Shown here: in pieces, positions 39,131 through 52,754 of the stretch
Layout of the letters: every line of letters starts with the position of its first letter
Position numbering within the stretch: the stretch's first letter is position 1
Source of the DNA: Octopus sinensis
Lineage: Eukaryota
Length of the DNA stretch: 64,000 nt
Direction of reading: 5' to 3'
Assembly (NCBI RefSeq): GCF_006345805.1
Contig: NC_043003.1
Location: forward strand, 114,204,001-114,268,000
The notes under the pieces: generated by a model
The model's database searches: none
What the model was told of the DNA's origin: nothing
The model's input: only the letters and a program-made list of their open reading frames with translations
Translations under genes and position numbers: made by a program

Positions 39131-39741
39131 ATTCACTCTTTCGCCGTAACATATCTTTATTATTGTCGCAGTGCCTTCTGCGCATGCGTGCTTACAGTTG
39201 GTATTGTTGTGGTCAGGTGATCGAAATTTGATCTGATCACGCCATTTCTCTTTCTGGCTTTACAGTGTAAGCATGGCCGCTCCACTAGCAACGTGCACCA
39301 AGGAAGAACGAAGAGTGGTGGATGCGATTGCTCTGGTCGGAAGGTGTGTCAGATGCTGAAAGTCATCGGAGGCTTTTATCACAATACGGAGAGAGTGCTC
39401 TACCGCGTAGAAGTGTGTAAGAGTGGATCATAAAGTTTAAAAGAGGCCAGACAAGCCTGACGCGCGAAGATGGTGCAGGATGCCCGTCAACCTCCACCAC
39501 TGACGAAAGATATGGTAATGGTGAATCGGTTCACATTACCATTTCTCGGATCACTGCTTTTTGTTTTTTTGTTTTTTTTGGTGCACGTTGCTAGTGGAAC
39601 GGCCATGCTTACACTGTAAAGCCTGAAAGATATAATTGGCTCAAACTTCGATCACGTGACCACAATAGTACCAACTGTGAGCACGCATGTGCAGAGGGCA
39701 TTGTGACACTAATAAAAATATGTTATGGCGAAAGAGCGAAT
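39131..39741. mobile_element. Mariner-derived fold-back element with two inverted 5' ends
   Basis: Inverted arms 39131-39300 / 39579-39741. The interior encodes MAAPLATCTKEERRVV..LWSEGVS..RSV*EWIIKFKRG, a mariner N-terminal HTH. Confidence 0.85.
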
Positions 39742-39819
39742 GTATATAAATATTAATATGCATACATATTAAAACTGTACATACATGAGTGCATATTTGT
39801 ATACACACACGCACCTTTG

Positions 39820-40115
39820 TGTTGAGGGCTCCTTCGTATTGGAGGTCATCTTGACCTTGTTATCTCCCCTACTTCCACTCTCCCGTCTGACCATTCTGTC
39901 CGAAGTCAGACGCCATGATAGAACGTTAGCTACTACACACATTTTTTTTTCTGTCCCTGTTTCTCTACTTGATTTTTTCTGTGTATATTTCTGTAGAAGA
40001 GCGGAAGCTCGAAACGTAAAAGACTTTTTCTATTCCTGAGCGTTATACTAATACATCTGTTTGTTTGTACACCACATGCCTTCGTCTTTTGTTTATTTTC
40101 GTAAACTTTCCCTTT
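39820..40115 (+). mobile_element. Penelope-like pseudo-LTR / 3' end
   Basis: Hammerhead-like CTGTAGAAGAGCGGAAGCTCGAAACGTA; the 3' terminus is near-identical to the end of the GIY-YIG fragment (49150-49200). Confidence 0.7.
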
Positions 40116-40619
40116 ATATATATATATATATATATATATATGCATGCACACATAAACACATACATATAAACATACATACAAACTTGCATGCATACAAATA
40201 AACACAAATACATGTATATATACGTAATCCATACATACATGCATACAGGCATGCATACTTTCAGACATACTTACAAATATCTGGACATACGTACATGCAT
40301 GCATACACAGCTATAATTGTGTGTATTTGCTTCGAGTCCAATGGTACTCGAACCCCAATTAGAAGAGTAAGCGATAAATTAAAAGAGGAGGTTTTAATAA
40401 TGGCTCTCTGGCGCATCGGTTTTGGTGATGGAACTCTTCATATGAAACTGAATGTTGATGCGTTTTGATGAAAGAATACTGTGGAACGCATAACATAGCC
40501 TGACCATTGTTTTAGTCCAGAATCGTACTCCAAATTCTTCTGACTTTGCGCTGAACTAATATTAAGTAACGATGACTCATTCAAAGAACTTTGTTCCAGA
40601 TTCAATGCGGGCCTACGTT

Positions 40620-40957
40620 TGCATGCATTCATACATACATACATACATACATACATACATTCTTACATACATGAATACAATACATACATGCATACATAAC
40701 ATGCATACATACTTACATACATTATTACATACATGGATACATACATGCATACATACATACTTATACAAATACGCACGCAACACACGTTCATACAGCCATG
40801 CATACACATAGATATAAGTATGCATATATACAGATATTAGATATGTATGTATATACTGGGAAATACATTTATTCGTAATTGTTATATACATGTATGTATT
40901 TCTGTTGTGCGTATTTATACGAGTGTGTGTTGTGTGTTTTACTTATACATACATACA

Positions 40958-41001
<44 letters not shown>

Positions 41002-41565
41002 TATATAACATATATATATATATATATATATATAAATATACATATATATATATGTTGTATATATATATATATATATATATATTACAACATACATATAAGT
41101 ATAGTTATGGTCACGTGAGGGAGTGCCTGTGTGGTGTGTTGTATCTGGATCTGCATACATTTATGTAGATTAATGTGGAAGTATACACATGCATCTAACA
41201 TATATGTGTGTGTACGTGGCTATGTATCTCTTTAAATGTATCTACTGATGACGTAATTCCCGTGTGTAGATACATTGGTGTGATTATAGAGTGACCTAAG
41301 CACACTCGATATGAATAATAGAAACACATATCTATACGGACGTATACGCATCCGTATATATATTTATATATATACATATATATATATATCTTACTTCAAA
41401 GTCTATAAATATTCATGAAATTATGTATGTATGTACCTATATGTATGTGTGTTTAGAGAGAAAGAGAGACGTTCCTACAGAGGCGCACATACTCTTATAT
41501 ATATATATATTAACATATATATATATACATATGTAAATATATATGTATATATATATATGTATGTA

Positions 41566-41599
<34 letters not shown>

Positions 41600-41656
41600 T
41601 ATATATTATATACATACATGTGGTATATATATATATATATACATATAGGATATATA

Positions 41657-41701
<45 letters not shown>

Positions 41702-41832
41702 TACACAGAGAAACATATGTATACATGCATATATATACATACATATATATATACTTATATATTCACGCACATACGTTATAGTCCCTTATCTTCTAACTTT
41801 ATGTATGTGAGTACACACACACACACACGCAC

Positions 41833-41891
<59 letters not shown>

Positions 41892-42618
41892 TGTATGCAT
41901 GTATGTATGTATGTATACACACGCTTATGTGTGTATAAACGCGTACCCTTGTGTGCTTGTTTCCATGTACAGGCTTTATATATGTGCCTCAGCCTATACA
42001 CTCTTGCATCTCCACCAGCCCCGCTTATGACTGGATGCTGGTGTAAAGCCGTGTAATGCTTACATGAATATATATTGTAATTTCTCATATCGCTGTTCAT
42101 TCATCTGGAAACTTGGGCTTAGAAATATTTTCCTTGTTTTGTTTTTTTGGCTCTCTTCATAATATCAATGACGAAACAGGCAGAATGCATGTTCAATGCC
42201 TCTATGGAAAAATGCAGTCTCTTGCATATAAATGTGCAGGATTTTATATGCATGTGCATGTAATTGCAAGTGTTGTTTGTTGTTTCACTCCTCTACTTAA
42301 GCTTTCAAATGAAAACAAGGAGAAGAAATACAAAAAACAAGCAGAAGAACCGCAACAACAGCCATGTAACTATGACAACAGTATCTATGGTGACTTGCAG
42401 CAAGTATACCAGTACGACACCAGCCAATGGTGGTGTCTGTGTAGGGTCGTACGATCTGCGCAAAGCAGCGGCCAAATGGTATCAAATAATACACTAACCT
42501 ATCGAAAAACAAAGGACAGTGGAAAGGGAAAAACCTGCTGCGTAACAAGTCTCTTTTACGTATGACGGTGTGGCGAAACACTTATGAACTCACACACACA
42601 CGCATGCATGCACACCAC

Positions 42619-42669
<51 letters not shown>

Positions 42670-43057
42670 ATATATACATATATACGTATGTATGTATGTA
42701 TATATATAATATATATATAGTTAGTTAATCCAAACAAGAAAGCACAAAAAAAACACAACAACGCGAGGACGTGGAACAAATATAGTATTATTGGACGCTC
42801 AGGAAAGAAGTAAAGAAGGAGGATTCAACGTTTCGAGCGGAGCTCTTCGTCGGAAACATAGGGGAAGGAAAGATCCAGAGAAGGGAAGACAGAGGAAAAA
42901 AAAAATCGCCAACGGTACACACGAGGTCACATTTTGAAAGACCAGAAGGAAAATATATATATATATATATATATTCATGTACAGTCATACTGTATGTTTC
43001 AAATTATCCAAAATTATTGTAAAGTGGAGTAAAATATATTTCTGTGTCTTTCGTTGT

Positions 43058-43095
<38 letters not shown>

Positions 43096-44296
43096 ACACA
43101 CATACAAACACACACTCAAACACATACACACAAACTAACACACGCACACGATCGACAAATGCACACACACACATATAAGATTAATTTCACGGCATTGATT
43201 CCTCCAAGAAAATCTATGCAGATGAGCAAAATTTGGAAGTAGGAAAACATTGTGCCGTTAGTGGCACTCACTACATGTTTGGCTCAGGGGGGGGGGGGCT
43301 ACATTTTCTGGATATCGGAGAGATTTGAACTTTGACTACAGAGAGTTACGTACGAAACGCTTTGAAATACCTTTGCCAATGATTCGCCGATCTAGTAATA
43401 TATTCCATATCTAATAATTTAATTACTGTTGTAATTAAGGTTTATGTTATTAATTTCTTGTGCATAAATGGTATAGCGTGGTATACCGATAAACAGAAGA
43501 TTCCTTATTTGATTGCAGTTTATGGTGAATGTTCATGACATTTCTCTGTAAAATGTCTAAAATGAGAAGAGGAAAGGATTAAAGAAATACAAATTCGTAA
43601 ACGTCTGAGTGGAATAGAAGTTGGAGAGGAAGATAATTTTAAAAATTATACTCATTTCCATGTCAGGTCGATGAAGAAAAGTTGTTCTCTACATGTGAGA
43701 TGAATCTGCCAGGCTTGGAACATTGTTACCGACCATAATCCACTTAAACGAATCCTCGAAGCCGCGTGAATCAGCAATCACATACGGGTGTGGCAAGAGA
43801 TGGAAAATATCGATAGGCAATCAAACACCAGGATGACGTGAAAACTAATTGCTTATTTGATCCACAAACTCTTCATTTGTTCCATGTCAATGACGATTTT
43901 GTTTTGTCGCGACCAACGGCGTTTTAGATCAGTCTGCTTGAATGAGTCTAAGAGCGTTTTTGCTGATTCCTAGTTTACTGAGCAGCTCAGGAATAAAAAT
44001 GTTGAAATTGTCCTCTGAAAATTTAAAATTAGAACCGAAAAGAATGCAATCGAAGACTGTGTAACACTTGAGAGACTCTACCGTGGAAGAACTCATTCTT
44101 TGCCCATCGACAACGATTACAAGCACGAAAACATGGTTAAAACTAAAATCCTTTCTGTAGGGAAAGTAAACGGAATCAGGGATATATAAAGAAGAAAACA
44201 AATAAACTATACACATTAGTAGCTCAACAATGAAAGTGTGGTATCTTCAGATGATATTGCCAATTGAAGCAAAATATAAATAAACAAAATAACAGC

Positions 44297-44334
<38 letters not shown>

Positions 44335-44736
44335 GGCAATAATAACACCAACAATACTAAAGCAGAACAAAAAAAGAAGAGATTAAAAAAAAAGGTAATA
44401 GAAAGTAAAACGCGTAAAATAACACAAAAACATATTTTGTAATGTTTAAAAAATATTTCTATGTTCAAAATTTTTTTTTTCATCGTTTATTTTTTTTTTA
44501 AATACATTTTTCTGTCTGATGCTATTATTATTATTATTTTTTTTTATATATTCAAAACATGAATTACATAAATTTTTTATATTATGTTTCAATTTCCTCT
44601 ACAAATTCTCCTCCCTTCAAATGAAATACAAAGAGAATTATAGAGTTTTATAGATTATCAAATGGGCTGCTTTATCATTTTTCATCTTTTACATTTCTTC
44701 ATTTACCATTTTATTTTCATTCTCTCACTCTTTTCC

Positions 44737-44825
<89 letters not shown>

Positions 44826-44936
44826 ATATATATAGATACACACACACATATATATATTATAGATATATATTATATAAATATATATATATACACATACATA
44901 TATATATATATATTTACATACATATATATATATATA

Positions 44937-44973
<37 letters not shown>

Positions 44974-45509
44974 TATACACACCATGCATACATATATCTG
45001 CATATATATCGATGTGTGTGTGTTTCGCAGCGTCACCATTATTCCAGAAACAATAGATGTTTTGGACAATCAAGCAATGTGTTTTTTTCTCCCCCCAAAC
45101 CCTTCAAAAGCTTCGCTGCTGCAATTCTTTCCTTTAATGTCAAACTTGACTGCGGTGAAAATTGATTTTTTTTTTTCGTTTTTCATAGTTTCGATACAAG
45201 AATAAAATTATTTATCAGCATACAGAAACACGTACAAGCATGCATGCATACATACGGTTATACATACGTAGATTTATCTTTACACACACATTACAGGTTT
45301 AATGTTCATACGTGACTCTGTGTGTGCGCTTGTATTATATAATTGTGTCTCTGTACAGGAAGCAAGCCTGTATGTATATATATATAATATATATATATAT
45401 ATAGATATATATATATATATAATATATATATATATATTAATATATATATATCTATTATATATGTATATATATATATATATATATTTATATATTGTTTATA
45501 TATATGTTA

Positions 45510-45543
<34 letters not shown>

Positions 45544-45825
45544 CATATAATATATATATATATGTAAAATGTGTGAATGCTTGTATACACGTCCATTTAT
45601 AGGAACTTAAATATACTATTTCACATACAAACAAATACACACGCACACCAAACGCAAACACGTGTAAAATTCACTTTCCTCTATCTTCTATAACACCCGC
45701 TCTACTTTCTATCCCCATATACACACATACATGCATATATGAATACATGCATAGGTATACAATATACGTGTATACGTGTGTGCGTGTGTGTGCGTGTGCG
45801 GGTGAGTGAATAATGTACGTATTAA

Positions 45826-45866
<41 letters not shown>

Positions 45867-46428
45867 TTATATATATATGTATGTATGTATATATGTATGT
45901 ATGTATACACATCTGTATGAATGTGTGCGTATGCACATCAATGTGTGAAATACGTAAATATACGTGTACATATACATACATACATATATGTACATATATA
46001 TCTATATATGTACACAAAAATTCTTATATGCATACATGTGTGTATGTACGCATGTATATATGTATGCCTGTAGGTGTTTGTGTATATGTATGGCTGTCTA
46101 TCGAGTCGGAAATCAAACACTGTTGTCCCTGCACCCATAGAATTCCTATTATTTCTCAAAATGACATTTTTTTGCTCATATTTTACATCTAAACAGGCAT
46201 CAATACAATCATTCGCCTCTATAAAAATATACGCGTCTATACAGTTCTATACATAGGCATACACACACTCACTCACACACACATACATATCTAGAGAGAG
46301 AGGGAGGGATATACAAAAGCACACGCATACATATATGCATGGATATTATAGCTACACACACATGTATATATATATATATACATATATATATGTATATATA
46401 TATGTATATAGATATATGTATATATATA

Positions 46429-46509
<81 letters not shown>

Positions 46510-46600
46510 TATGTATATATATATGTGTATATATATATATGTATATATACACACACACTATATATATATATATATATATAATATATATATATATATATAC

Positions 46601-46660
<60 letters not shown>

Positions 46661-47001
46661 TTATATATATATATATATGTGTGTGTGTAGGTAGATCGAA
46701 AGAAGCGTACATACTTGATTAATTTACATTGTGTTTGCGGACAATCCATAGGAATTCTTTAAACATTTCCAATTGGTAAAAAGCATATGTACATACTTAA
46801 GTAAACCCACCAATACAAATAGATCTGCATTTGCATAACAAAGGCGAACATTTAACCAAAATGGCACAAGTGCATTGTCTACAGAAAAACATCACCTTAC
46901 ATGGTGCTTATTTATTCAGTTTGGCAATATGCTTATATGTCTACATGTGTGTGTGCGTATTTGTGAGAGCATATAACAACATACATACATACATATATAT
47001 A

Positions 47002-47055
<54 letters not shown>

Positions 47056-47149
47056 TATATATATATGTATGTATATATATATAGACGGGTATATATGTAT
47101 GCAAATATATCGATAGCTATCCATCCATCTATCTATTTATCTCTCCCTC

Positions 47150-47186
<37 letters not shown>

Positions 47187-48200
47187 ATATCTATCTATCT
47201 ATCTATCTATCTATTCTTCCATCTATGCGTGTCGTGCGCGCGACCGTTTCTATATGTAGTAAGTATGCATATATAAATGAAAATGTATCTACAAACATAT
47301 ATACATGCATATATTTTTGTGCACCTATAGAAAACTATGTGCTTGTGTATACATATATTTGAATATACGCTCATATACAACATCAAACCTTTCATACTTA
47401 GATTACTACACCTATGTATGTATATATATGTATTTACGTATGTATGTGCATATGTGTAAGTGTGTATATATACGTGTGTGTATATGGGTATGTATGTATG
47501 TATGTATGTATGTATGTATGTATGTATGTATGTATGTATATGTATGCATGTATGTATGGATGGATGGATGGATGTATGTAAGTATGTAGGTGAGTATGTA
47601 TGGATCTAAGCTCCTGGCGCAGTGTGTCTGAAATAATTTTAGAATTTTGATTGAGATATTTCACGTCGTATCTACCACCTGCTGTTCTATGCTGCCGGCA
47701 ACATACATTCAAATGCTCAATAATACATTTATTGTTAGAAACAGTTTTTTATACATACATACATACATACATACATACATACATACATACATGCATGCAT
47801 ACATACATACATACATACATACATAATACATACATACATACATCATACATACATACATACATATATACATAATACATACATATATACATGCATACATACA
47901 TACATACATACATACTACATACATACATACATACATGTATATATACGTACATACAGACACACATGCATACAAATATATACACTTATATATGTAGATCTCT
48001 AAATACATATATACATACATATATACATACATACATACATGCATACATACATATATACTACATACATACATACATACATACATACATAATACATACATAA
48101 TACATACATACATACATACATACATGTATATATACGTACATACAGACACACATGCATACAAATATATACACTTATATATGTAGATCTCTAAATATATTTA
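40620..48200. repeat. Dense field of (TA)n, (TACA)n, (CA)n and (TCTA)n microsatellites with short unique islands
   Basis: Direct pattern; the source of most IY/YI/VC/HT ORFs. Confidence 0.9.
42720..42940 (-). mobile_element. Penelope-like pseudo-LTR fragment
   Basis: The minus strand reads CCGACGAAGAGCTCCGCTCGAAACGTT..TTCCTGAGCGT, ending in (TA)n. Confidence 0.65.
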
Positions 48201-48562
48201 TACATAAATAACAAGTATCTGCGGTTGTGTGCCTGCGCGTGCGTTTGTGAACATTTATGTTACAAAATGTGTAGAGAAGTGAGAACTCAATTTGGGGTTT
48301 AGAACGACAGAAAGGTACTCGTAAGACTCATGTTGTCACTTGAGGAATCGTCATTTCGTGTGTTACTCTGAATTCCTCGTCATCGATCTGTGGTCCAGTA
48401 TTTAAAACAGAACCGAATATTTGTTATGGAAAAGACAATAAATACTCTTCAATCTTTCAGCCAATTCCTGTTGGATAAGGAATAGTGTAAAGTTACTCAG
48501 GAGTTATGAGCTTACCTAAAAAGGAGGAAATATACTTACACACACACAGATACACATTATTA

Positions 48563-48598
<36 letters not shown>

Positions 48599-48743
48599 TA
48601 TTATTATTATTATTATTATTATTGTTATTATTATTATTATTATTGACAAGATCCTTGTTTAAGAAAAATAAACGTGTACTCTACGTAAATCAGAATAACG
48701 TAAAATTGGTTCTATCATATCTGAACGTGAAAACAAACATTTA

Positions 48744-49200
48744 TCTTGCTCCCGCCCACGTTGCCGCACTTACCCTTACCTCTCCAACACCACCCTCCAC
48801 ACTGGCACCCATCACCGACCCTATCGCATCCTCGAGTCCTTCACCTGCACCTCCAGCAATATCATCTATTGCGTCTCCTGCTCTCTCTGCCATTCCCTGT
48901 ACATCGGACAAACGGGACGCCGCTTGGCTGACCGGTTCGCGGAACACCTCCCAGACATCCGCCTTGCCAACGACACACCGGTCTCACGCCATTTCCGCTC
49001 CACCGGTGACTCCTTGGAACACCTGTCTGTATTCGGATTGTCCTTGCACAAAAGCCATCCGGAGTCCCGTTTGCGCCGTGAACAGGGATTAATCTTCTCT
49101 CTTCGCTCTTTTACGCCATTTGGTCTCGACTCCCCCCCCCTTTCATCTAACCCACCACCTGCCTTCGTCATTTGTTTATTTTCGTAAACCTTCTGTTATA
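48744..49200 (+). mobile_element. Penelope-like element 3' fragment with GIY-YIG endonuclease
   Basis: The frame starting at 48744 reads SCSRPRCRTY..FTCTSSNIIYCVSCSLCHSLYIGQTGRRLADRFAEHLPDI..RLRREQGLIFSLRSFTPFGLD. Confidence 0.93.
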
Positions 49201-49225
49201 TATATATATATAGATATATATATAT

Positions 49226-49260
<35 letters not shown>

Positions 49261-49534
49261 TGCATACATTCACACACACACAAGCAATGCACCCCGGCGT
49301 TGCCCGACTGTTATGACTTACTGCCACATTGTATTACATGTTCCTTTCTTACAGGCAGAATCGGCACACGAGTCGTATGACGCAAAAGCTCTTCTTCATA
49401 AAAATGTTTCACGGTCATTTTCTGTTGAAGAACGCTGCAGTTTCCGTCTACCAAATTCAATCATAAGTCTGTGGTTGACCTAGGGCTCTAGTAGAAAACA
49501 TTTTCCCGAGGTACCATGCAAAGGGACTGAACGT

Positions 49535-49677
49535 GATCACTATGTCGCACTTATACGCTTATGATGCATATACCTGGTATACCCTTATCATACGAGTAGT
49601 CATAATATGTATACTGGGCTTCGTGCATTTTATCCCAGCGTCACTTTGATGCCATGCACTGCTCTTTTAGTCCATAA

Positions 49678-49735
<58 letters not shown>

Positions 49736-49745
49736 GTAATAATGA
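49535..49745 (+). mobile_element. 3' end of the (AAT)n-tailed repeat plus tail
   Basis: CCCAG.GTCACTTTGATG.CATG.ACTGCTCT followed by (AAT)n, homologous to the reverse complement of 17480-17610. Confidence 0.75.
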
Positions 49746-50774
49746 TAACAACAACAACAACAATAGTAATATTAATAACTATAAAAGCACTCGGAGAGCA
49801 CAGCCCTCCGCCAAGCAGCTCATTTCCACCCATATACATGCATGATAAATGATAAATTATAAAGGATAAAAGGTACAAACGCATATGCACTTTTACATAC
49901 GCACACATATACACAACAGACGCACTCATACACATTCCTATATACACATATGCAGACATGTACATACACACATACATACACGTTACTCCAAAGGTTTTAC
50001 AATGTCCAAAGCAACAGTTCGACCAAAGGAACTCTAAACTGGCTGTACAATAGATGGACCGTCACCAGTGTAACCTCTTTTTGTGATAAAACTGACCAGC
50101 ACCATCACTAGACCAATAGCATCTGCACCACAACCACCGCTGCCACTACCAGCTACTAGCACCAGCACCACTACCCACCCACCACAACCAGCAGCACATC
50201 AACCAGCAGCATTGTCATTGCTTCCACTTCAACCACATACATCGCCATCAACGTTATCATGACGGCTACCTAGACAGTCACTTTCACCACCACAATCAGT
50301 ATAACCATTGCAATACCATCACCCTCACACAACTAACACTATCATCAATACCACTATTACCACCACCATCACCTCAGCATCACACATCACACCGCTCCTG
50401 TCACCATTATAACCACCGACACTATTTTATCCTCCTCCCATTCTTATCTCGACCGTCGTCATCATCAACACTGTCTCTGCTTTCACCACAATCACCGTCA
50501 AAACTACGATCACCACAATCAGTCTCTTTACTCAGTTGAAAATCCATTATCCGATACTCATGGGACCGAGATTGTTGCAGAGTTTTTTCATTTTTCTAAT
50601 TTCAGAGTACTTTGTCAAAAATAAAAATGCATCTACAAAACGGAACAGTTTGAAGATAGAAACCAGGTCTAAACACAATAGCTTATAGACATACTCTGAG
50701 TGTAGTTCTATATAAATCTTTAATTTTCTTTTTTTTTATATATACTTAAGACCATCAGAAATGTTAACAACAAC

Positions 50775-51415
50775 AGAAGGAGGCAAGATAACGTGGCTAA
50801 GTTTGTCCACTGGAGGCTAAGCGAAAAGTACGGCCTGAACTGAGTACGGAAATGGTACTCAGAAGGCGTCTCTGAGAACAAGGAAAATAAGATACTATGG
50901 GATTTTACAATCGAATGTGACTCCCCAATCGAAGCTCGGAGACCAGATATTGTTGTGGTAGATAAAGGGGAAAAGGATACCAAGATCATAGATATTGAAG
51001 TACCTGGAGATGCAGGAATAAGTGGCAAAGAATTAGAAAAGATTGTGAAGTAGAGACTACTAAAAGTCGAAATTGGAAGAATGTGGACTATGAGGAGAGT
51101 GTTTGTCATTGCAGAAGTTGTAAGGGCACTCAGAGCACTAACAAGCAAGTTCGAGAAACATGCCAGAGAAATGAGAATTGACATGGGAGGAGAGCAAGCC
51201 CATGAAAATGCTCTGTTGGAGACAGCTAGGATTTTGAGTTTGGTAATGGGATGTTAAATGTCTCCCACGATAATTAACAACCAAGCATCAAAGTTCATAA
51301 TGTGCGGAAAGAGACCCTGTGAGATCTCTGACAGCAAACTGCCGTCCACTCTCAGCGAATTTACTGGAACAAACAAAACCGAACGTTCTGAGAAGTAAAA
51401 CAATAATAATAATAG
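50775..51415 (+). mobile_element. R4/Dong-type non-LTR retrotransposon 3' fragment (restriction-like endonuclease) with (AAT)n end
   Basis: RQDNVAKFVHW..KILWDFTIECD..RRPDIVVVDK..IIDIEVPGD..KELEKIVK..EIGRMW; stop at 51255-51257; 3'UTR ending AATAATAATAAT. Two internal stops. Confidence 0.88.
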
Positions 51416-51439
51416 TAAAATATTCTTTCTATTATAGGC

Positions 51440-51585
51440 ATAAGGTCTGGAATTTTGGACGAGGGGACAAAGTCGAATACATCGACTTCAGTACATAATT
51501 ACTACTTAATATATCGTCCCCGAAAAGATGAAAGGCAAAGTCAATCTCGGCAGCATTTGAACTCAGAACGTAAAGACAGACAAAA
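51440..51585 (-). mobile_element. SINE family B, decayed
   Basis: GATGAAAGGCAAAGTCAATCTCGGCAGCATTTGAACTCAGAACGTAA. Confidence 0.8.
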
Positions 51586-52320
51586 TGCGGCAAACAAGAA
51601 CAATTTATTAATATAAATTCCAGCCGCCCATTTAAAGGTAACTAATGTCATTAATAAGTGCAACTTGTCCCGTTTAATCTCTAAAGAGGAATTATTTAAC
51701 CTTACAATGCATTATTGAGATAATACATTAAAAGACAGTGGATTCTCAAATGAAATACAGTAATACGAGATATACATAACACTAATAATATTCACGATGG
51801 CAAGAATGGTAAAAATTGATTAAATGTTCTGTTAAAGTTGTTGCAAAGATTTTACTATACCATATCGATAATTATAGGACAACAACATAATTATGCCATA
51901 ATTGAGGTAAGCTAGAGTTGTGTCCCAAAATTTGTTGTTTTTCATTCAAGTAAGATCACCTAAAACTCTTTCCCATATTTTAAAGTAGCAAATCCTATTT
52001 CCTCTTTGATCGGTATATGTCTCTCTAAAATATTATTTCACCTCAGTAACGTCTGCCAGATGGATAACAGCGAAATAAAGTGCTATAAAGGGTTTACTTT
52101 AAAGGTATGAAAAAAGGGTTCCCGCACACACACAACACACACACACATGCAGTTCCCCCAAATTCACTCACCTGATGACGTGACGGTTCAAAACTGCTGG
52201 TGGATCATATTTATTTATAAAGGCTGTTACCAATGCACAGAAACAATTGTTGCGTTTTGTAATTTAAACCTGTTGATTCTATTTTCTTGTTTTATACATA
52301 CATATATATACATACATATC

Positions 52321-52443
<123 letters not shown>

Positions 52444-52450
52444 GATTGAT

Positions 52451-52754
52451 AGATATTGTTATATTTCGGAATGGTCATATTGCCAGTTTAGCCAATAAAA
52501 ACACACGCACTATATATTTGGTGTTATTTTGCTTCAGTGATATTTATTTTTTACATTAATCTTAATCTTATTTCGGCCAGAGTTCTTTCGTCACACTCCT
52601 GTGACCGCATCAGTGGTCCTTTGTTTTCTTCTTTCGTATTTGTGTCTCTCCTTACTAAAGTTAGTAAGGAGAGACCATTCCGAAATATAACAATATCTGT
52701 TTCAACACACGACTTCACATAAAAAATCTTGCACAACAAATATTTAAACGTACT
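52451..52754. mobile_element. Fold-back non-autonomous element, copy 2
   Basis: Perfect 26 bp inverted repeat (52451-52476 / 52673-52698), internal 13 bp hairpin 52646-52673, and a tail shared with 25725-25782. Confidence 0.8.

Noticed and set aside
48622-49092. ORF ending in a Kazal-like CPCTKAIRSPVCAVN
   Set aside because: It is an alternative frame of the Penelope GIY-YIG endonuclease, which is clear in the 48744 frame.
50720-51184. 154-aa hydrophobic minus-strand ORF
   Set aside because: It is the antisense shadow of the R4/Dong endonuclease.
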